NCBI GenBank assembly: GCA_044869275.1
Contig: JBIOXB010000223.1
Location: 120,816 to 184,815, forward strand
Reading direction: 5' to 3'
DNA from: a bacterium
GTDB lineage: Bacteria; Zhuqueibacterota; Zhuqueibacteria; Zhuqueibacterales; Zhuqueibacteraceae
DNA length: 64,000 nucleotides
Position numbers and translations under genes: made by a program
Notes under the pieces: model-generated
Database searches by the model: none
Told to the model about the DNA's origin: nothing
Seen by the model: only the letters and a program-made list of their open reading frames with translations
In this document: piece after piece, positions 19,433 to 30,123 of the stretch
Position numbering within the stretch: position 1 is the first letter of the stretch
Layout: each line of letters starts with the position of its first letter

Positions 19433-20812
19433 TTACGGTTTCGCAGCAGGCTTGACCTGTTCAGCGGATAAATATTTTTTGGTTTCCGAAGCAATCATTC
19501 CCGACAACGCCAGCAAACCCACGAGATTGGGCACGGCCATCAAGCCGTTCATTAAGTCTGCAAAGGACCAGACCAGCTCTAAATGTGCTATTGCTCCGAT
19601 GGCGACGAAGATCGAAAAAATAACGCGATAGGGCTTGATCGACCGTGGACCGAGGAGATACTCGACTGACTTTTCACCATAATAACTCCAGCCCAGCAGC
19701 GTCGAATACGCGAAGAGAATCAACCCAATCGCGACGATCAATCCGCCGCTTTCACCCGGCAAACCCGTGCTGAACGCCGCGGTGGTTAATTGCGCGCCGG
19801 TCTTGCCGCTGGTCCATACGCCGGTGGCGATGATGGTGAAGCCGGTGATGCTGCACACCACAATCGTATCGATGAATGTTTGCGTCATCGAAACCAATGC
19901 CTGGGTAACCGGATTCTTGGTTTGCGCGGCTGCCGCGGCAATGGGCGAGCTGCCCAGGCCGGACTCGTTGGAAAACACTCCACGCGCGACCCCGTAGCGA
20001 ATGGACTGCATGACGGTGGCTCCGGCGAACCCCCCGATGGCAGCGCTCGGAGTGAAGGCATCCTTGAACACATAAAGAACGATGTCGGGAATGCCACGCC
20101 AATTGATCAGCAGCACGAGCAACCCTCCCGCCATGTATAGCAGGATCATGACGGGCACGAGAACGCTCGACGCCAAGGCAATGCTGCGGATGCCGCCCAG
20201 AATAACCAGTCCGGTCGCCACCGCTAACACAATGCCGGTCACGGCGTGCGGCACGCCAAAGGAACTCTGCATGGCATCGGCCACGGAATTGGATTGTACC
20301 ATGTTGCCAATGCCGAAGGCAGCGATGGAGGCAAACAGCGCGAAGAGCGCACCCAGGAACTTGCCGAGGCGACGTTGCTTCAAGCCGCGCGACAAATAGT
20401 ACATGGGTCCGCCGCTCATCGTGCCATACTCGTCCACCACGCGATATTTCACCGCCAGCACCGCCTCGGCATATTTGGTCGCCATGCCGAACAACCCTGT
20501 GATCCACATCCAGAACAACGCGCCCGGCCCTCCCGAGGCAATCGCCGTGGCCACGCCGGCAATGTTGCCGGTACCCACCGTGGCCGCCAGTGCCGTCATC
20601 AATGCCTGAAAGTGGCTGATATCGCCTGCTTCGGCGCTGTCTTCTTTGCGCTTGATGAGCGCGAGATAGAGAGAATGCTTGAGCGTGCGGAACTGCAAAC
20701 CGCGCAGCAGAAAAGTGAGATAGATGCCTGTGCCCACGAGCAGCACCAGCATGGGTGGGCCCCACACAAAACTGCCGGCCGCATTGATCCAATTCAAAAT
20801 ATCACTTTGCAC
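19433..20812 (-). CDS. agcS: Sodium:alanine/glycine symporter (AGCS family)
   Basis: [33 protein letters not shown] and [12 protein letters not shown]. Confidence 0.95.
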   Translation of the reverse strand: MQSDILNWINAAGSFVWGPPMLVLLVGTGIYLTFLLRGLQFRTLKHSLYLALIKRKEDSAEAGDISHFQALMTALAATVGTGNIAGVATAIASGGPGALFWMWITGLFGMATKYAEAVLAVKYRVVDEYGTMSGGPMYYLSRGLKQRRLGKFLGALFALFASIAAFGIGNMVQSNSVADAMQSSFGVPHAVTGIVLAVATGLVILGGIRSIALASSVLVPVMILLYMAGGLLVLLINWRGIPDIVLYVFKDAFTPSAAIGGFAGATVMQSIRYGVARGVFSNESGLGSSPIAAAAAQTKNPVTQALVSMTQTFIDTIVVCSITGFTIIATGVWTSGKTGAQLTTAAFSTGLPGESGGLIVAIGLILFAYSTLLGWSYYGEKSVEYLLGPRSIKPYRVIFSIFVAIGAIAHLELVWSFADLMNGLMAVPNLVGLLALSGMIASETKKYLSAEQVKPAAKP

Positions 20813-20893
20813 CCTTCCTCCTTGTCAATTGGTTGCTGGGAACGGTTGGCCATGGTCAAAGCTGCGCTGCGCCGGGGCAGCAGAAACTGAGCA

Positions 20894-22228
20894 TCAGTAC
20901 AATTTTTTCAATTGCGCGGCGCGGAAATAATGCTGCACGATTTCCTGCGCGGGGTAGCCTTTCATCGCCATCACCGCCGCGCCGATTTGGCAAAGGCCCA
21001 CACCGTGACCCCAGCCGGCGCCGTGCAGCGTAAATTGCGCCGGGAGGCCACGCGCGTCGCGTTTCGTTGCAACAACGAAGGCCGAGCTGTACAAATGGCT
21101 TCTGGAAAGCCAGCGGCGGATTTCCAATTCTTTGCCAACGACCAAAGCCAATTTCGTTCCCACAATTCTCAGCTTGACGATTCTGCCGGAGGCACCGCGT
21201 TGCAGCGGCACCAAATCGAGCAACGTCCCAAAATCGAAGCCGGATTTCTTGCGCAGGAGCTCTTCCAATTCCGCGCGCTCATAAGTAACCTGCCAGCGAT
21301 AAAAATCCGTCGTTTCCCGGTCAAACGCCGGAAGTATCTGTTGCAGGATTCTCCCCTCGCTCGTGTTGCAGAATGCCTCGGGTTTGGAAAGGATCCAACG
21401 CTCCGCTTCGCCTTCGGATTGAATCGGCGGATAGTGCTGTTCGGCGTCGGCAATGCACTGCAGGTACGGCACCGGAGTGTCTTCCCAGGCATTTTCAAAG
21501 TTTTCGCTCAAGCCGCCGCAGGCTTTGGAGAAGCGCGCATCGCAGATTTCACCTTCATAAACCAGAAAAACGCCGCGCGTGGCGTGCATGGCCTCGGCAG
21601 CAGTGGCGGAAATGATTTTCGTTACGCCCTGGTAGCGCTGGCAGTGATCGTCCGCGCACACGTCGAACAAATCATGATCTTCGCGGTCATACCAGCGGAT
21701 CAGCTCGCCTTCTATTTGCAGCGTGCGCCGTGAAATGCGGCCGCGCTCCAGCTCTTTTTTTTCGCGCTCGAGCATGGCCACCAGCCAGCTTCGCGAGGTG
21801 ATCGCGTGCGCTTCGAGCAATGCCCGCGGCGCTTCCGCGCTCATCTCGGAGGAGATCACACTGGCGAGATAATCTTCGACGGAAATCTCATTGATGGCCG
21901 CGATCGTACCGCCCTCGCGCCAGACCAGCCGCAAATTCCCCTGAAAATCCTGGTCCTCTTCTCTCTCCCAATGGAAATCGATCCCGATCACCACCTCGCG
22001 CAAAGTGAAGGTGGAGAGCGCGGCATTGTCGAAATGAATTTCTGCGGACCGTACCAATTCCTCGCCCGCGGGACTCTTCAGTACCAGGGCGCGATTCTCC
22101 ACATGTACTTGAAACTCGCCGGTGAATGCACGAGTATGGTTGAGGCGAAATGTCCCATTGCATTTGCCACGCACGCTGTGGCGCTGGTTGAGAATGCCAA
22201 CCTTAATGAATGGCTCTGTCCTGATCAT
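20894..22228 (-). CDS. SpoIID/LytB-domain protein
   Basis: EDYLASVISSEM, CADDHCQRYQG and GAGWGHGVGLCQIGA; no obvious signal peptide. Confidence 0.92.
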   Translation of the reverse strand: MIRTEPFIKVGILNQRHSVRGKCNGTFRLNHTRAFTGEFQVHVENRALVLKSPAGEELVRSAEIHFDNAALSTFTLREVVIGIDFHWEREEDQDFQGNLRLVWREGGTIAAINEISVEDYLASVISSEMSAEAPRALLEAHAITSRSWLVAMLEREKKELERGRISRRTLQIEGELIRWYDREDHDLFDVCADDHCQRYQGVTKIISATAAEAMHATRGVFLVYEGEICDARFSKACGGLSENFENAWEDTPVPYLQCIADAEQHYPPIQSEGEAERWILSKPEAFCNTSEGRILQQILPAFDRETTDFYRWQVTYERAELEELLRKKSGFDFGTLLDLVPLQRGASGRIVKLRIVGTKLALVVGKELEIRRWLSRSHLYSSAFVVATKRDARGLPAQFTLHGAGWGHGVGLCQIGAAVMAMKGYPAQEIVQHYFRAAQLKKLY

Positions 22229-23208
22229 AATAAAGAGAAAATCCGTCGTAGGGTTTCAGAGGTGATGGAAACTTCACGAAAAATGCTCGCCACGAGTGGC
22301 GCGTCAACCTGCAGGCAGTCCTTTTCAATCGGCGTGATGATCAGGCCGCCCATGTCAACCGATGCCGGGCTGATGAAGACACGCTCCTCGCCTTCACGGA
22401 AATAGGCGTCCGGGCGGTGCTTGCGGCGCGGGAAGATGAGCACTTGAAAGAGGTCGTCGCGGAATGAACAGATCAGGTTCATCATGGGCTCGTCTGTGCC
22501 GCCCATCGCTTCCTTCATGGCTGCGAAGGTGCGCAGCAGCGCCAGCGCCATGGCGTCCTCCTCAAAGCCGGCCAGCAGCAACATCTTGCGCCCCAGTTTT
22601 TGAATCTTGTGCACCGCAACGCCTAGCACGGTCTTAACCAAGAGGCGGTGAGTGGTTTCGTGGATTTGCGTTTCCGCGGGAATGGCGCCGGCGGGGCAGG
22701 CTTGGAAATGCAAATGATCGGGAGCGGAGGCACCACATTGCGGGCCATTGTAAAACACCGTGAAATGCGGACTAAAATCCTTCGCCAGCTGCAAAAGGCT
22801 TGCAATGGGTTCCGCGAGGGCTTGCGGGCGGTGCTGCGCGTGCGCGATCGTGTAGTGTTGCGCAAAGATTGGCGCGGGATTGCAGAGCACGAGAAAATCA
22901 TCGCGATAGGATATGCCTTGTTGCAGCTCGGGCAAGTTTTCCAGGCACAGGAAGCACGGCCGCGCCTGAATGGATTGCGCATCCACTTTTGCACCACTGC
23001 TGATCATGCGTTGCGGGTTGTATTGCAAGCGCACCAAAAAGCCGTCGCCTTGCAGCTCGCGCACGCGCGCGCTTTCGCGGGCGCGATAATTCTCGCCGAG
23101 CTGGGGCCAGGTTCTTGTTTGCTGTTCGAGCAAATCCAGCGCAAGCTGGGAAAGGGAAGGTGAATGCAGCGAAGGATCGTAGCGCGCGAAGATTCTGCCG
23201 TTTTGCAA
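22225..23208 (-). CDS. DUF4922 protein (HIT-like nucleotidyltransferase/phosphorylase)
   Basis: QYNPQRM, RPCFLC, NPAPI, YNGPQCGASAPDHLHFQ and SPASVDMGG. Confidence 0.85.
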   Translation of the reverse strand: MQNGRIFARYDPSLHSPSLSQLALDLLEQQTRTWPQLGENYRARESARVRELQGDGFLVRLQYNPQRMISSGAKVDAQSIQARPCFLCLENLPELQQGISYRDDFLVLCNPAPIFAQHYTIAHAQHRPQALAEPIASLLQLAKDFSPHFTVFYNGPQCGASAPDHLHFQACPAGAIPAETQIHETTHRLLVKTVLGVAVHKIQKLGRKMLLLAGFEEDAMALALLRTFAAMKEAMGGTDEPMMNLICSFRDDLFQVLIFPRRKHRPDAYFREGEERVFISPASVDMGGLIITPIEKDCLQVDAPLVASIFREVSITSETLRRIFSLL

Positions 23209-23241
23209 AGGTTTGCTCCTCCTGTTTCTAATGGTGGAAAT

Positions 23242-24714
23242 TCACCCGCGTCGGCGATTGATTTGTTGCCGCGCGAGGATTTCTATGGAGCGGATTTTAT
23301 CTTTGTAGTAATCGTTGCAATTGCTTTTTTCGATGGGCAGCGCGGCGTCGGTGTTGCCCTCCCAGCGGCGGCAAAGATAAACGGCAGCATAAATTCGGCC
23401 GATTTGATATTCGCGGGACAGCCTCAACGCCACGGCGTAGTCTTCGCCGTAGCTGACATTGGGAAGGCCGGTCTCGCGCAGCAGGGCGGTGTTGAACGCG
23501 CGCGGCGCGCCCAGGCCGTTGATGCGCAGAGCGTTGTTGCGGCCATTGTTTGGCGTCCATTCTCGATGGTCGATCAAGCCCGGCGGAATTTCCTCGAGAT
23601 TCATGTTCACCAGCCGGTACGAGCCGATGACCATGGCAAAGTCGCCACGATGGAATTCCTCCACCATCGTTTGCAGTGAGTCCGGGCCGCTGTACACGTC
23701 GTCGGAATCGAGCTGGACGGCATATTTGCCGCAATGCTCGGAAGCGACGGCGTCGTTCCAGCAGCCGCCAATGCCGAGGTCGCGGCGGGCGGGAATAACA
23801 TGTTTCAAAGCCGGATGCTGCGCCGACAGGCCCTTCAGTTTCTCCGTCGTACCGTCGGTGGAGTGATTGTCAACCACGATGACGTTGAAAGGAAAGTTTG
23901 TTTTCTGCGTGAGTGCGCTGTGCGCGGCGTCGGCAATCGTGCGCACGCGGTTGCGCACGGGGATAATGACGCTCGCCGCCACGGGAAAAGTTTGCGAGGG
24001 CTGGGGCGGTTTTTTAAAGCGCGGCAAGAGATAAGCGCCGAGCCGTTTGAGATGCCGCGTCGCGACTTTTTCCATTTCCAGTTGCACCGCGTGCTGGCGC
24101 GGATCGACGTAATCAAACTGTTTCTCGCCGCTCTGGCGCAGGTCCGATTCGGCTTTGGTGTAGAGATACTCTTGCAGGTGGAACAACGCATGGTCGAGCG
24201 ACAGCTTCAAACGCAGATCATACAGGCCGGCAAATTCGAGGCTCGCCACCGCCCCGTATCGCTTCAAGGCCGCGCGTACGGCGGCGACATTGAACAGCAA
24301 CAGCGCGCCGAAATCGAAATTGTCGCGAATGCTGCCGAACTGATAATCATTCAGCGGATGCTCGAAGCGCTCGCCCTTCTTGATCTCATAAAAATCCGAA
24401 TATACCATGCCGGCACGCGTGCTTCTGGCCACGGCCAGAAATCTCTCCAATGCGCGCTGTCCCAATTGAATATCATCTGCTGGCGGGATGAGCAAGAGGT
24501 AGTCGGTTTTGACTCTCTTTAAAACTGTGTTTAAAGTTTTGCCGGAATGGAAGGCAGCCGTTTGCAGCCCCTCACATTTCGGATATTCGGGCAACGCCGC
24601 GCCCCCATGCAGGATCAGAATTTTTTTAACCAAAGCGGTAGTGCAAAACTGCTGCAGCGTGACGGAGAATCGTTCGGAGGGATGAAAGGGAAGAACGACG
24701 GTCAAATCACTCAT
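23242..24714 (-). CDS. Glycosyltransferase family 2
   Basis: SVIIPVRN, VVDNHSTDGT, QLDSDD and YGEDY, preceded by a degenerate N-terminal GT-like half. Confidence 0.9.
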   Translation of the reverse strand: MSDLTVVLPFHPSERFSVTLQQFCTTALVKKILILHGGAALPEYPKCEGLQTAAFHSGKTLNTVLKRVKTDYLLLIPPADDIQLGQRALERFLAVARSTRAGMVYSDFYEIKKGERFEHPLNDYQFGSIRDNFDFGALLLFNVAAVRAALKRYGAVASLEFAGLYDLRLKLSLDHALFHLQEYLYTKAESDLRQSGEKQFDYVDPRQHAVQLEMEKVATRHLKRLGAYLLPRFKKPPQPSQTFPVAASVIIPVRNRVRTIADAAHSALTQKTNFPFNVIVVDNHSTDGTTEKLKGLSAQHPALKHVIPARRDLGIGGCWNDAVASEHCGKYAVQLDSDDVYSGPDSLQTMVEEFHRGDFAMVIGSYRLVNMNLEEIPPGLIDHREWTPNNGRNNALRINGLGAPRAFNTALLRETGLPNVSYGEDYAVALRLSREYQIGRIYAAVYLCRRWEGNTDAALPIEKSNCNDYYKDKIRSIEILARQQINRRRG

Positions 24715-24860
24715 GAAGTTTCCTCGTCTTGAGACGGCAGCTTCCAGGCCAATAAAGATTGATTAAAATACAGGAAATCAATCTTACAAGCAACCGGAAA
24801 TCAGATTTGCGGTTTGGTGAGATTTTGTTACATTTTTACGTCACAAGGCACGAGACCCAA

Positions 24861-25526
24861 ATGAAGCTCTTGATCGCTTTGCTCAAAGCCGTTTTGCCAT
24901 TCTTGATGGGATTTAACACTTTGCTTTTCGCAGCGAATTTTGTTCCCGCCAATCATCCCCACATCCCATACTTGGGCAGATGGGATAAGACCGATCCCTT
25001 GCAGCCAAAACATTCCTGGCCCGGCGTTTCCATTTATGCGGAATTCAGCGGCACCAGCGTTGGAGTGCGCATGGCCGACCACGACCATTATTTCAATGTT
25101 TACATCGACGGCAAATTTTGCAGCGTGTTTCACGGCAGCCAGTCCGCTGAAGCGGATTATATCCTGGCGGAAGGCCTGGAAGAAGGGAAGCATACATTTC
25201 TATTGACGAAACGAAACTGCGCACAGAACAGGGCGTATGCACTCTCGGGGTTGTTGCTTGATGACGGCGGGAAACTCCTGGCACCGCCCCGCCGCGACGA
25301 GAGGCGCAGAATTGAGTTCATCGGGGATTCGTGAAAATGTTCGGCAGGTCGTTGCGGCTGAAAGCGCAAAAAGCCAGCAGGATGTTTATTATGCGCAGTT
25401 CGACTATTTCGAAGGCGGATACGTGGCGAACGGGCATCCGTCGGCCTCAACGCACGAAAAATCGCGGCGCAATTGATCGCAGCGATCGCGGCGATGAATA
25501 AACGCTTCTCCAGAAGTCATCCATGA
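24861..25526 (+). pseudogene. CE2-like SGNH/GDSL esterase with internal deletion and a second frameshift
   Basis: The N-terminal domain (YLGRW, SWPG, KRN) ends at IEFIGDS*. The C-terminus (YVANGHPS...HEK) continues in another frame and IAAQLIAAI...SHP* in a third, with a TGA overlapping the next ATG. The central SGNH blocks are missing. Confidence 0.8.
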
Positions 25527-26175
25527 ACAAACTGGCTTTTTTTGCTGTGTTGTTTTCATCGGCAGCAGCCTTTTCTCAAAAATTTGACGGCCTGGCATTG
25601 ACGCCACCCATGGGCTGGAATAGCTGGAATAAGTTCGCCTGCTCGACATGCAGGAGGGGTTGCGCGTTCATGCCGGCCCTGACCACTGGAATGATCCGGA
25701 TATGATGGAAGTCGGGAACGGCATGAAGGTCAATGAAGACCGCGCACATTTTTTCATGTGGTGCATGCTGGCAGCACCGCTGATTGCCGGCAATGATTTG
25801 AGAAAGATGTCGAAAGAAACGGTTGAGATTTTGACAAACCGTGAAGCCATAGGCGTGAATCAAGATTCACTCGGCATCCAGGGACTCAAATACTCGACGA
25901 TGGACAGTCTCGAAATCTGGTTCAAACCCTTGGCAAAAAGTGAATGGGCGGTGTGTTTCTTGAATCGCGGAGCAGGAGCGAAGGACCTGACATTTTCCTG
26001 GCAAGAGCACAAGATATTGGACACCCATTCCAAAAGGGAATTCGATTGCACGCAGAGCGCTTACACCATCCGCGATCTCTGGGTGAAAAAAGACCTCGGA
26101 AAAACAAACAAGGCTTTTGTGACACGGGTGGCATCACATGATGCAAAACTGCTGAAGTTGCGGCCCGTGCAATGA
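25523..26175 (+). pseudogene. GH27 alpha-galactosidase with internal deletion
   Basis: Signal peptide plus LALTPPMGWNSWNKFAC is joined out of frame at about 25642 to AGPDHWNDPDMMEVGNG...APLIAGNDL...NQDSLG. The catalytic core (IDDCW, LKYD, WRT..D) is absent. Confidence 0.88.
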
Positions 26176-26327
26176 TCAGGGATGAACCAAGCGATAGCTC
26201 ACGAAAGCAACGTTTTCACTGTTCGGCGACCAAGAGGGAACATTGATGGTGCCCTGTCCGCCGAAGAGTTTGGCGATTACGCGAATCTCACCGCCTGCCG
26301 CCGGCATGAGCCTGTATCTGAATCATC

Positions 26328-28412
26328 TCACTGGATCACCATCATCTTCATCGAATCAACCCAGGTGCGGCCATCGACCGTCAGGCGAAGGTGAACGAAA
26401 TACAGCCCGCTGGCGACTTTGGTTCCCGTGTCGGTATCGGCGTTCCAAGCGAGTGTATATTGCCCCGAAGGAAGATCGTTGTGTTCCAGCGTGCGCACCA
26501 ACTGTCCGGCGATATCATACACGCCAAGGTGTACTTCGCCGCGGGCGGGCAATGAGTAAGTTATCTGCGTGGTAGGATTGAAAGGGTTGGGATAATTTTG
26601 CAGCAGGCCAAACCCTTCCGGAGCCTTCCCATTTCTTCCCTCCTGAACCTCGGTCGGATTGGGCTTGCCCGTCGGCGAGTACGAAGCCTCGATCGCGCCG
26701 GCAAGATAGACGAGCGGCGCATTCCAGTTGATCGCAATTTCATTCGAGGCGTAACTGCACACGTCGTCTAAATATGATCTTGCCCTTTCTGTGCCGATAT
26801 AGCCGGAACACCCATCCTCTCTTCTTGGGTTCGGCCCCCCGGCGAGTAACCCCGGAACGGGATCGACCACGCCGTCGGCCTGCGATTGGCGATGGTGGAT
26901 GTGCATCGGCGGCTTCCTGCCAAATCCGGTCACAAAACAGAAGCCCACGGCATTACGCCCCAGCAGGTAATCGAGATTTTGTATCGCCGCATCCAGAAAC
27001 GAGGCCTCGCCGGTGAGATTATAAGCCTGAATTAACGCCATGCCCTGATTGGCGGCGATGGCATTGCTGCCCCAGACAAAATCGTTGTTCGATTCACCCA
27101 TCGCCACGTGATAAGCGGAAATCGCAGCTTGATTTCTCAACCTTCCGGCTAAGTTGAGCAAGGCTGAAATGGCGAAGGTAGTGTCAATCGCATTTCCAAG
27201 CTCGGCGCGATGAACGACCAGCGAATACAGGCCGAGCGTGTTGACAGTTGGCCAGGCCGGCACACCAAACGGACCGGCGAGCGGGTTGTAAGCAGCCAGG
27301 AAGCTGTCCGCTTTGGTAGTTATGAACAGTTCCGCGGCTGCCCACTGGAATTCGTCTGTAAAACTGCCGTCCCCATACTCGCCGGTGGTGATGTCGGGAT
27401 TATAGGCCGTGTTCAATGCACTCTGATTGTAGCGCAGGTTGGGATTCTTGCGCGCCCATCTCCAGGCCTGGAGAGCTGCGGCAAGACATGTTTGTGCGAA
27501 CCCCGGCATTTCCGAGGAGAAGTCCTCGAAGATGCGGCTGGTCTGCGCCATCACCGCGGCAAAATTGAGAGTCGCTGCCGTGCCTTTTTGCACGACATAT
27601 CTTCGCGCCGTGTCTTGATGCGGCATCACCATGCCGCTAAAGTTTGCGGTGGTGAGCTTATGATAAACGCCGCCATCATTCGGATCCTGCATGGTCAGCA
27701 TCCAGGTGATATTCCAAAGGGCTTCATCCAGAATATCCGGGAGGTTGTTGCCGCTCTCTGGAATGTTGAGCTTGAATTCGCGATAATATTCCGGAAAATG
27801 CTCGTACGCGGCCAGCACGGTGTAGGTACTGATGCCGGAATTCACCATGTACTTGTTGTAATCTCCCGCGTCGTACCAGCCCCTCGCGGAAGAGATGATG
27901 GTATTTTCCGGTCGCGCCGCTGTTGCCGCGGAAGCATGCACCCATACCTGCGTATCCAAATGTCCGGCGGGACGCTGCCATTTTCCGGCATATGGCGCGC
28001 TGAGTGCGGTGGAAACACGTTGAAAATAATACCCTTTTACGGCCGCCGCAGACAGATCCTGATGAACATACTCCTGAATGGAAAATGGATGCGACTTGCC
28101 CAGGCCGGGAACGATGATGGTGTACTCGCCCGTTTCCTGGAATGCACTAAAATCGATTCGTTTCACCGTCTCCCCGGAATGCGGCCAATTCTGCGCCGCT
28201 CCCAATGCACCGGTAAACACCGTATCGGCCTGGCTCGTGGAGGTCAAATAAAATACGTTGCTCGTTGCGCCCACGGCGACGGCGAATTTCGGCCCTTTCG
28301 GATAAAAGCCGATCTGGTTCAGTCGCAGGGCTTCTTGCCCCTGAACGGTTTGGGTGAGTAATGCAAAGATGCAAGCGGCCAGAATGGCTCTTGATGTTTT
28401 CAAGGGTTTCAT
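26328..28412 (-). CDS. GH9 endoglucanase with N-terminal Ig-like domain and C-terminal sorting domain
   Basis: RLNQIGF, GWYDAGDYNKY, YLLGRN, HHR and YASNEIAINWNA; QNYPNPFNP CTD. Start placed at MKPLK. Confidence 0.93.
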   Translation of the reverse strand: MKPLKTSRAILAACIFALLTQTVQGQEALRLNQIGFYPKGPKFAVAVGATSNVFYLTSTSQADTVFTGALGAAQNWPHSGETVKRIDFSAFQETGEYTIIVPGLGKSHPFSIQEYVHQDLSAAAVKGYYFQRVSTALSAPYAGKWQRPAGHLDTQVWVHASAATAARPENTIISSARGWYDAGDYNKYMVNSGISTYTVLAAYEHFPEYYREFKLNIPESGNNLPDILDEALWNITWMLTMQDPNDGGVYHKLTTANFSGMVMPHQDTARRYVVQKGTAATLNFAAVMAQTSRIFEDFSSEMPGFAQTCLAAALQAWRWARKNPNLRYNQSALNTAYNPDITTGEYGDGSFTDEFQWAAAELFITTKADSFLAAYNPLAGPFGVPAWPTVNTLGLYSLVVHRAELGNAIDTTFAISALLNLAGRLRNQAAISAYHVAMGESNNDFVWGSNAIAANQGMALIQAYNLTGEASFLDAAIQNLDYLLGRNAVGFCFVTGFGRKPPMHIHHRQSQADGVVDPVPGLLAGGPNPRREDGCSGYIGTERARSYLDDVCSYASNEIAINWNAPLVYLAGAIEASYSPTGKPNPTEVQEGRNGKAPEGFGLLQNYPNPFNPTTQITYSLPARGEVHLGVYDIAGQLVRTLEHNDLPSGQYTLAWNADTDTGTKVASGLYFVHLRLTVDGRTWVDSMKMMVIQ

Positions 28413-28546
28413 CTCGGCTCCTAACTTATCGCGTTTTTCAATTGAGTATAGAGGTAAACCACTTCTGTCATCCCGAAGCTTCGGGATCTTCTCTCGCACT
28501 GGGCACAATTCCAATATGAGGCTTTGTCCAGGCACTTGGGAAGATT

Positions 28547-28665
28547 CAGACTGTGTGAAGACGCTTGGTTTCAACGCCGGCTGAGCTTGTCGAAGGCGGA
28601 TTTTTTGAACTTAGCACCCTTCGACAAGCTCAGGGTGCGGTATTCTCAAGTTTTCACACAGTCTG
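28547..28665 (+). mobile_element. MITE copy A (TIR CAGACTGTGTGAA, ATT duplication, internal REP-like palindrome)
   Basis: att|CAGACTGTGTGAA ... TTCACACAGTCTG|att; internal ctgagcttgtcgaagg / ccttcgacaagctcag. Confidence 0.85.
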
Positions 28666-28719
28666 ATTCCTTCTGAATGACATTTATGAAATGGCTACAA
28701 AAATTAGGGTGGCATCGTG

Positions 28720-29712
28720 CTACGTTCGAGGCCACGCCGACTCATATGCGGCAATAATTCTATCCATCAGCCCGTTCATTTCTTCATTCACGACCTGCTG
28801 CGAAGGATTGGAATCAAACCAACTCATAATCTCCTCTGCACCGCGGGCAAAGGGAATGGTGGCGGCATAGTCTGGAACCAGGCGCTTGATCTTGCTGTTG
28901 TCAAAGATCATGCTGTGTGTTTTATCGCCCAACAAGCTTGCTCCCCACTCCGGATCGAAAGCGGCGATGAATTCTGAGGGCACGTGGACCAGGCGGGCCT
29001 GCGTGCCTGCCGCGCGCGCCACGATTTCAAATATCTGATTCCAGGTCAGCACTTCATCGGAGGTGATGTGGAAGGCCTCTCCCAGCGCGCGATGATTGCC
29101 CAATAAGCCCACAAATCCCTTGGCAAAATCGCGATGATGCGTTAAGGTCCACAGCGAAGTCCCATCGCCGTGCACGATAACTTTTTTCCCCTCGCGCATA
29201 CGGTGCACCGTGGTATAGTGCCCGTGCATAGGCAGCAGGGTCGCGTCATAGGTATGTGAGGGGCGAACGATCGTCATCGGAAACCCCTCCTCGCGGTAAG
29301 CCTTAATCAACCGTTCTTCACAAGCAATCTTGTTCCGCGAGTAAGCCCAGTGAGGATTGCGGAGTGGCGTGGATTCGGTGACCGGCAAAAACACGGGTGG
29401 AGTTTGATAGACCGAGGCCGAGCTGATAAAGATATACTGCGCGGTACGGCCTCGGAACAACTGCAGGTCGATATCGATGTGGTCCGGTGTGAAGGCAATC
29501 CAATCAACCACGGCGTCAAAGGTCCGATCACTGAGGATTCCCTTCATTGCGTCAGGCTGGCGGATATCGCCGGTCAGCATCTCCACGCCTGCCGGTATGC
29601 GGCGATGGGAGTGGCCGCGATTCAGCAGGCAAATCTCCATTCCCCGTTCTGCAGCGCGTCGAGTACAGGCCGAGCTAATGACGCCTGTGCCGCCAATGAA
29701 TAGGACTTTCAA
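28720..29712 (-). CDS. NAD-dependent epimerase/dehydratase (extended or atypical SDR)
   Basis: MKVLFIGGTGVIS, FISSASVY, YSRNK and IVRPSHTY. Confidence 0.9.
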   Translation of the reverse strand: MKVLFIGGTGVISSACTRRAAERGMEICLLNRGHSHRRIPAGVEMLTGDIRQPDAMKGILSDRTFDAVVDWIAFTPDHIDIDLQLFRGRTAQYIFISSASVYQTPPVFLPVTESTPLRNPHWAYSRNKIACEERLIKAYREEGFPMTIVRPSHTYDATLLPMHGHYTTVHRMREGKKVIVHGDGTSLWTLTHHRDFAKGFVGLLGNHRALGEAFHITSDEVLTWNQIFEIVARAAGTQARLVHVPSEFIAAFDPEWGASLLGDKTHSMIFDNSKIKRLVPDYAATIPFARGAEEIMSWFDSNPSQQVVNEEMNGLMDRIIAAYESAWPRT

Positions 29713-29778
29713 GGCTTATCTCCTTCTCGTGGACGGTCACGAAAATTCTTCTAACCACTTGACGATGTCAGAAGGAAT

Positions 29779-29896
29779 CAGACGGTGTGAAAACTTGAGA
29801 ATGCCGCACCCTGAGCTTGTCGAAGGGTGCCAAGTTCAAGTATCCGGCTTCGACAAGCTCAGCCGGCGTTGAAATCAAGCGTTTTCATACAGTCTG
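29779..29896 (-). mobile_element. MITE copy B, inverted relative to copy A
   Basis: Near-identical reverse complement of 28547-28665, flanked by aat...aat. Confidence 0.85.
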
Positions 29897-30022
29897 AATC
29901 TTAGGCAGCATAATCACAGTGCTGGATTCATCCAAGATGCAGTTACGACAGCGATTTTTTATTGGTGAAATACATTTTGACCTCCAAAATTAATTTGACC
30001 AATTCACGGCCATAGTAGAAAC

Positions 30023-30091
30023 AAAATCCGCGAAAATCAGCTTGATCCGTGTCATCCGTGGTCAGAATAGCATAAAAAACTGCCTTTGAAA
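30023..30091 (+). repeat. Dispersed intergenic repeat (related copy at 57222-57292)
   Basis: aaatccgcgaaaatcagcttgatccgtgtcatccgtggtca versus aaatctgcgaaaatcagcctaatccgtgtcatccgtggtca. Confidence 0.7.
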
Positions 30092-30123
30092 ATCCTCTGC
30101 CCCTGTCGCCTGCTGGCGTGGTT

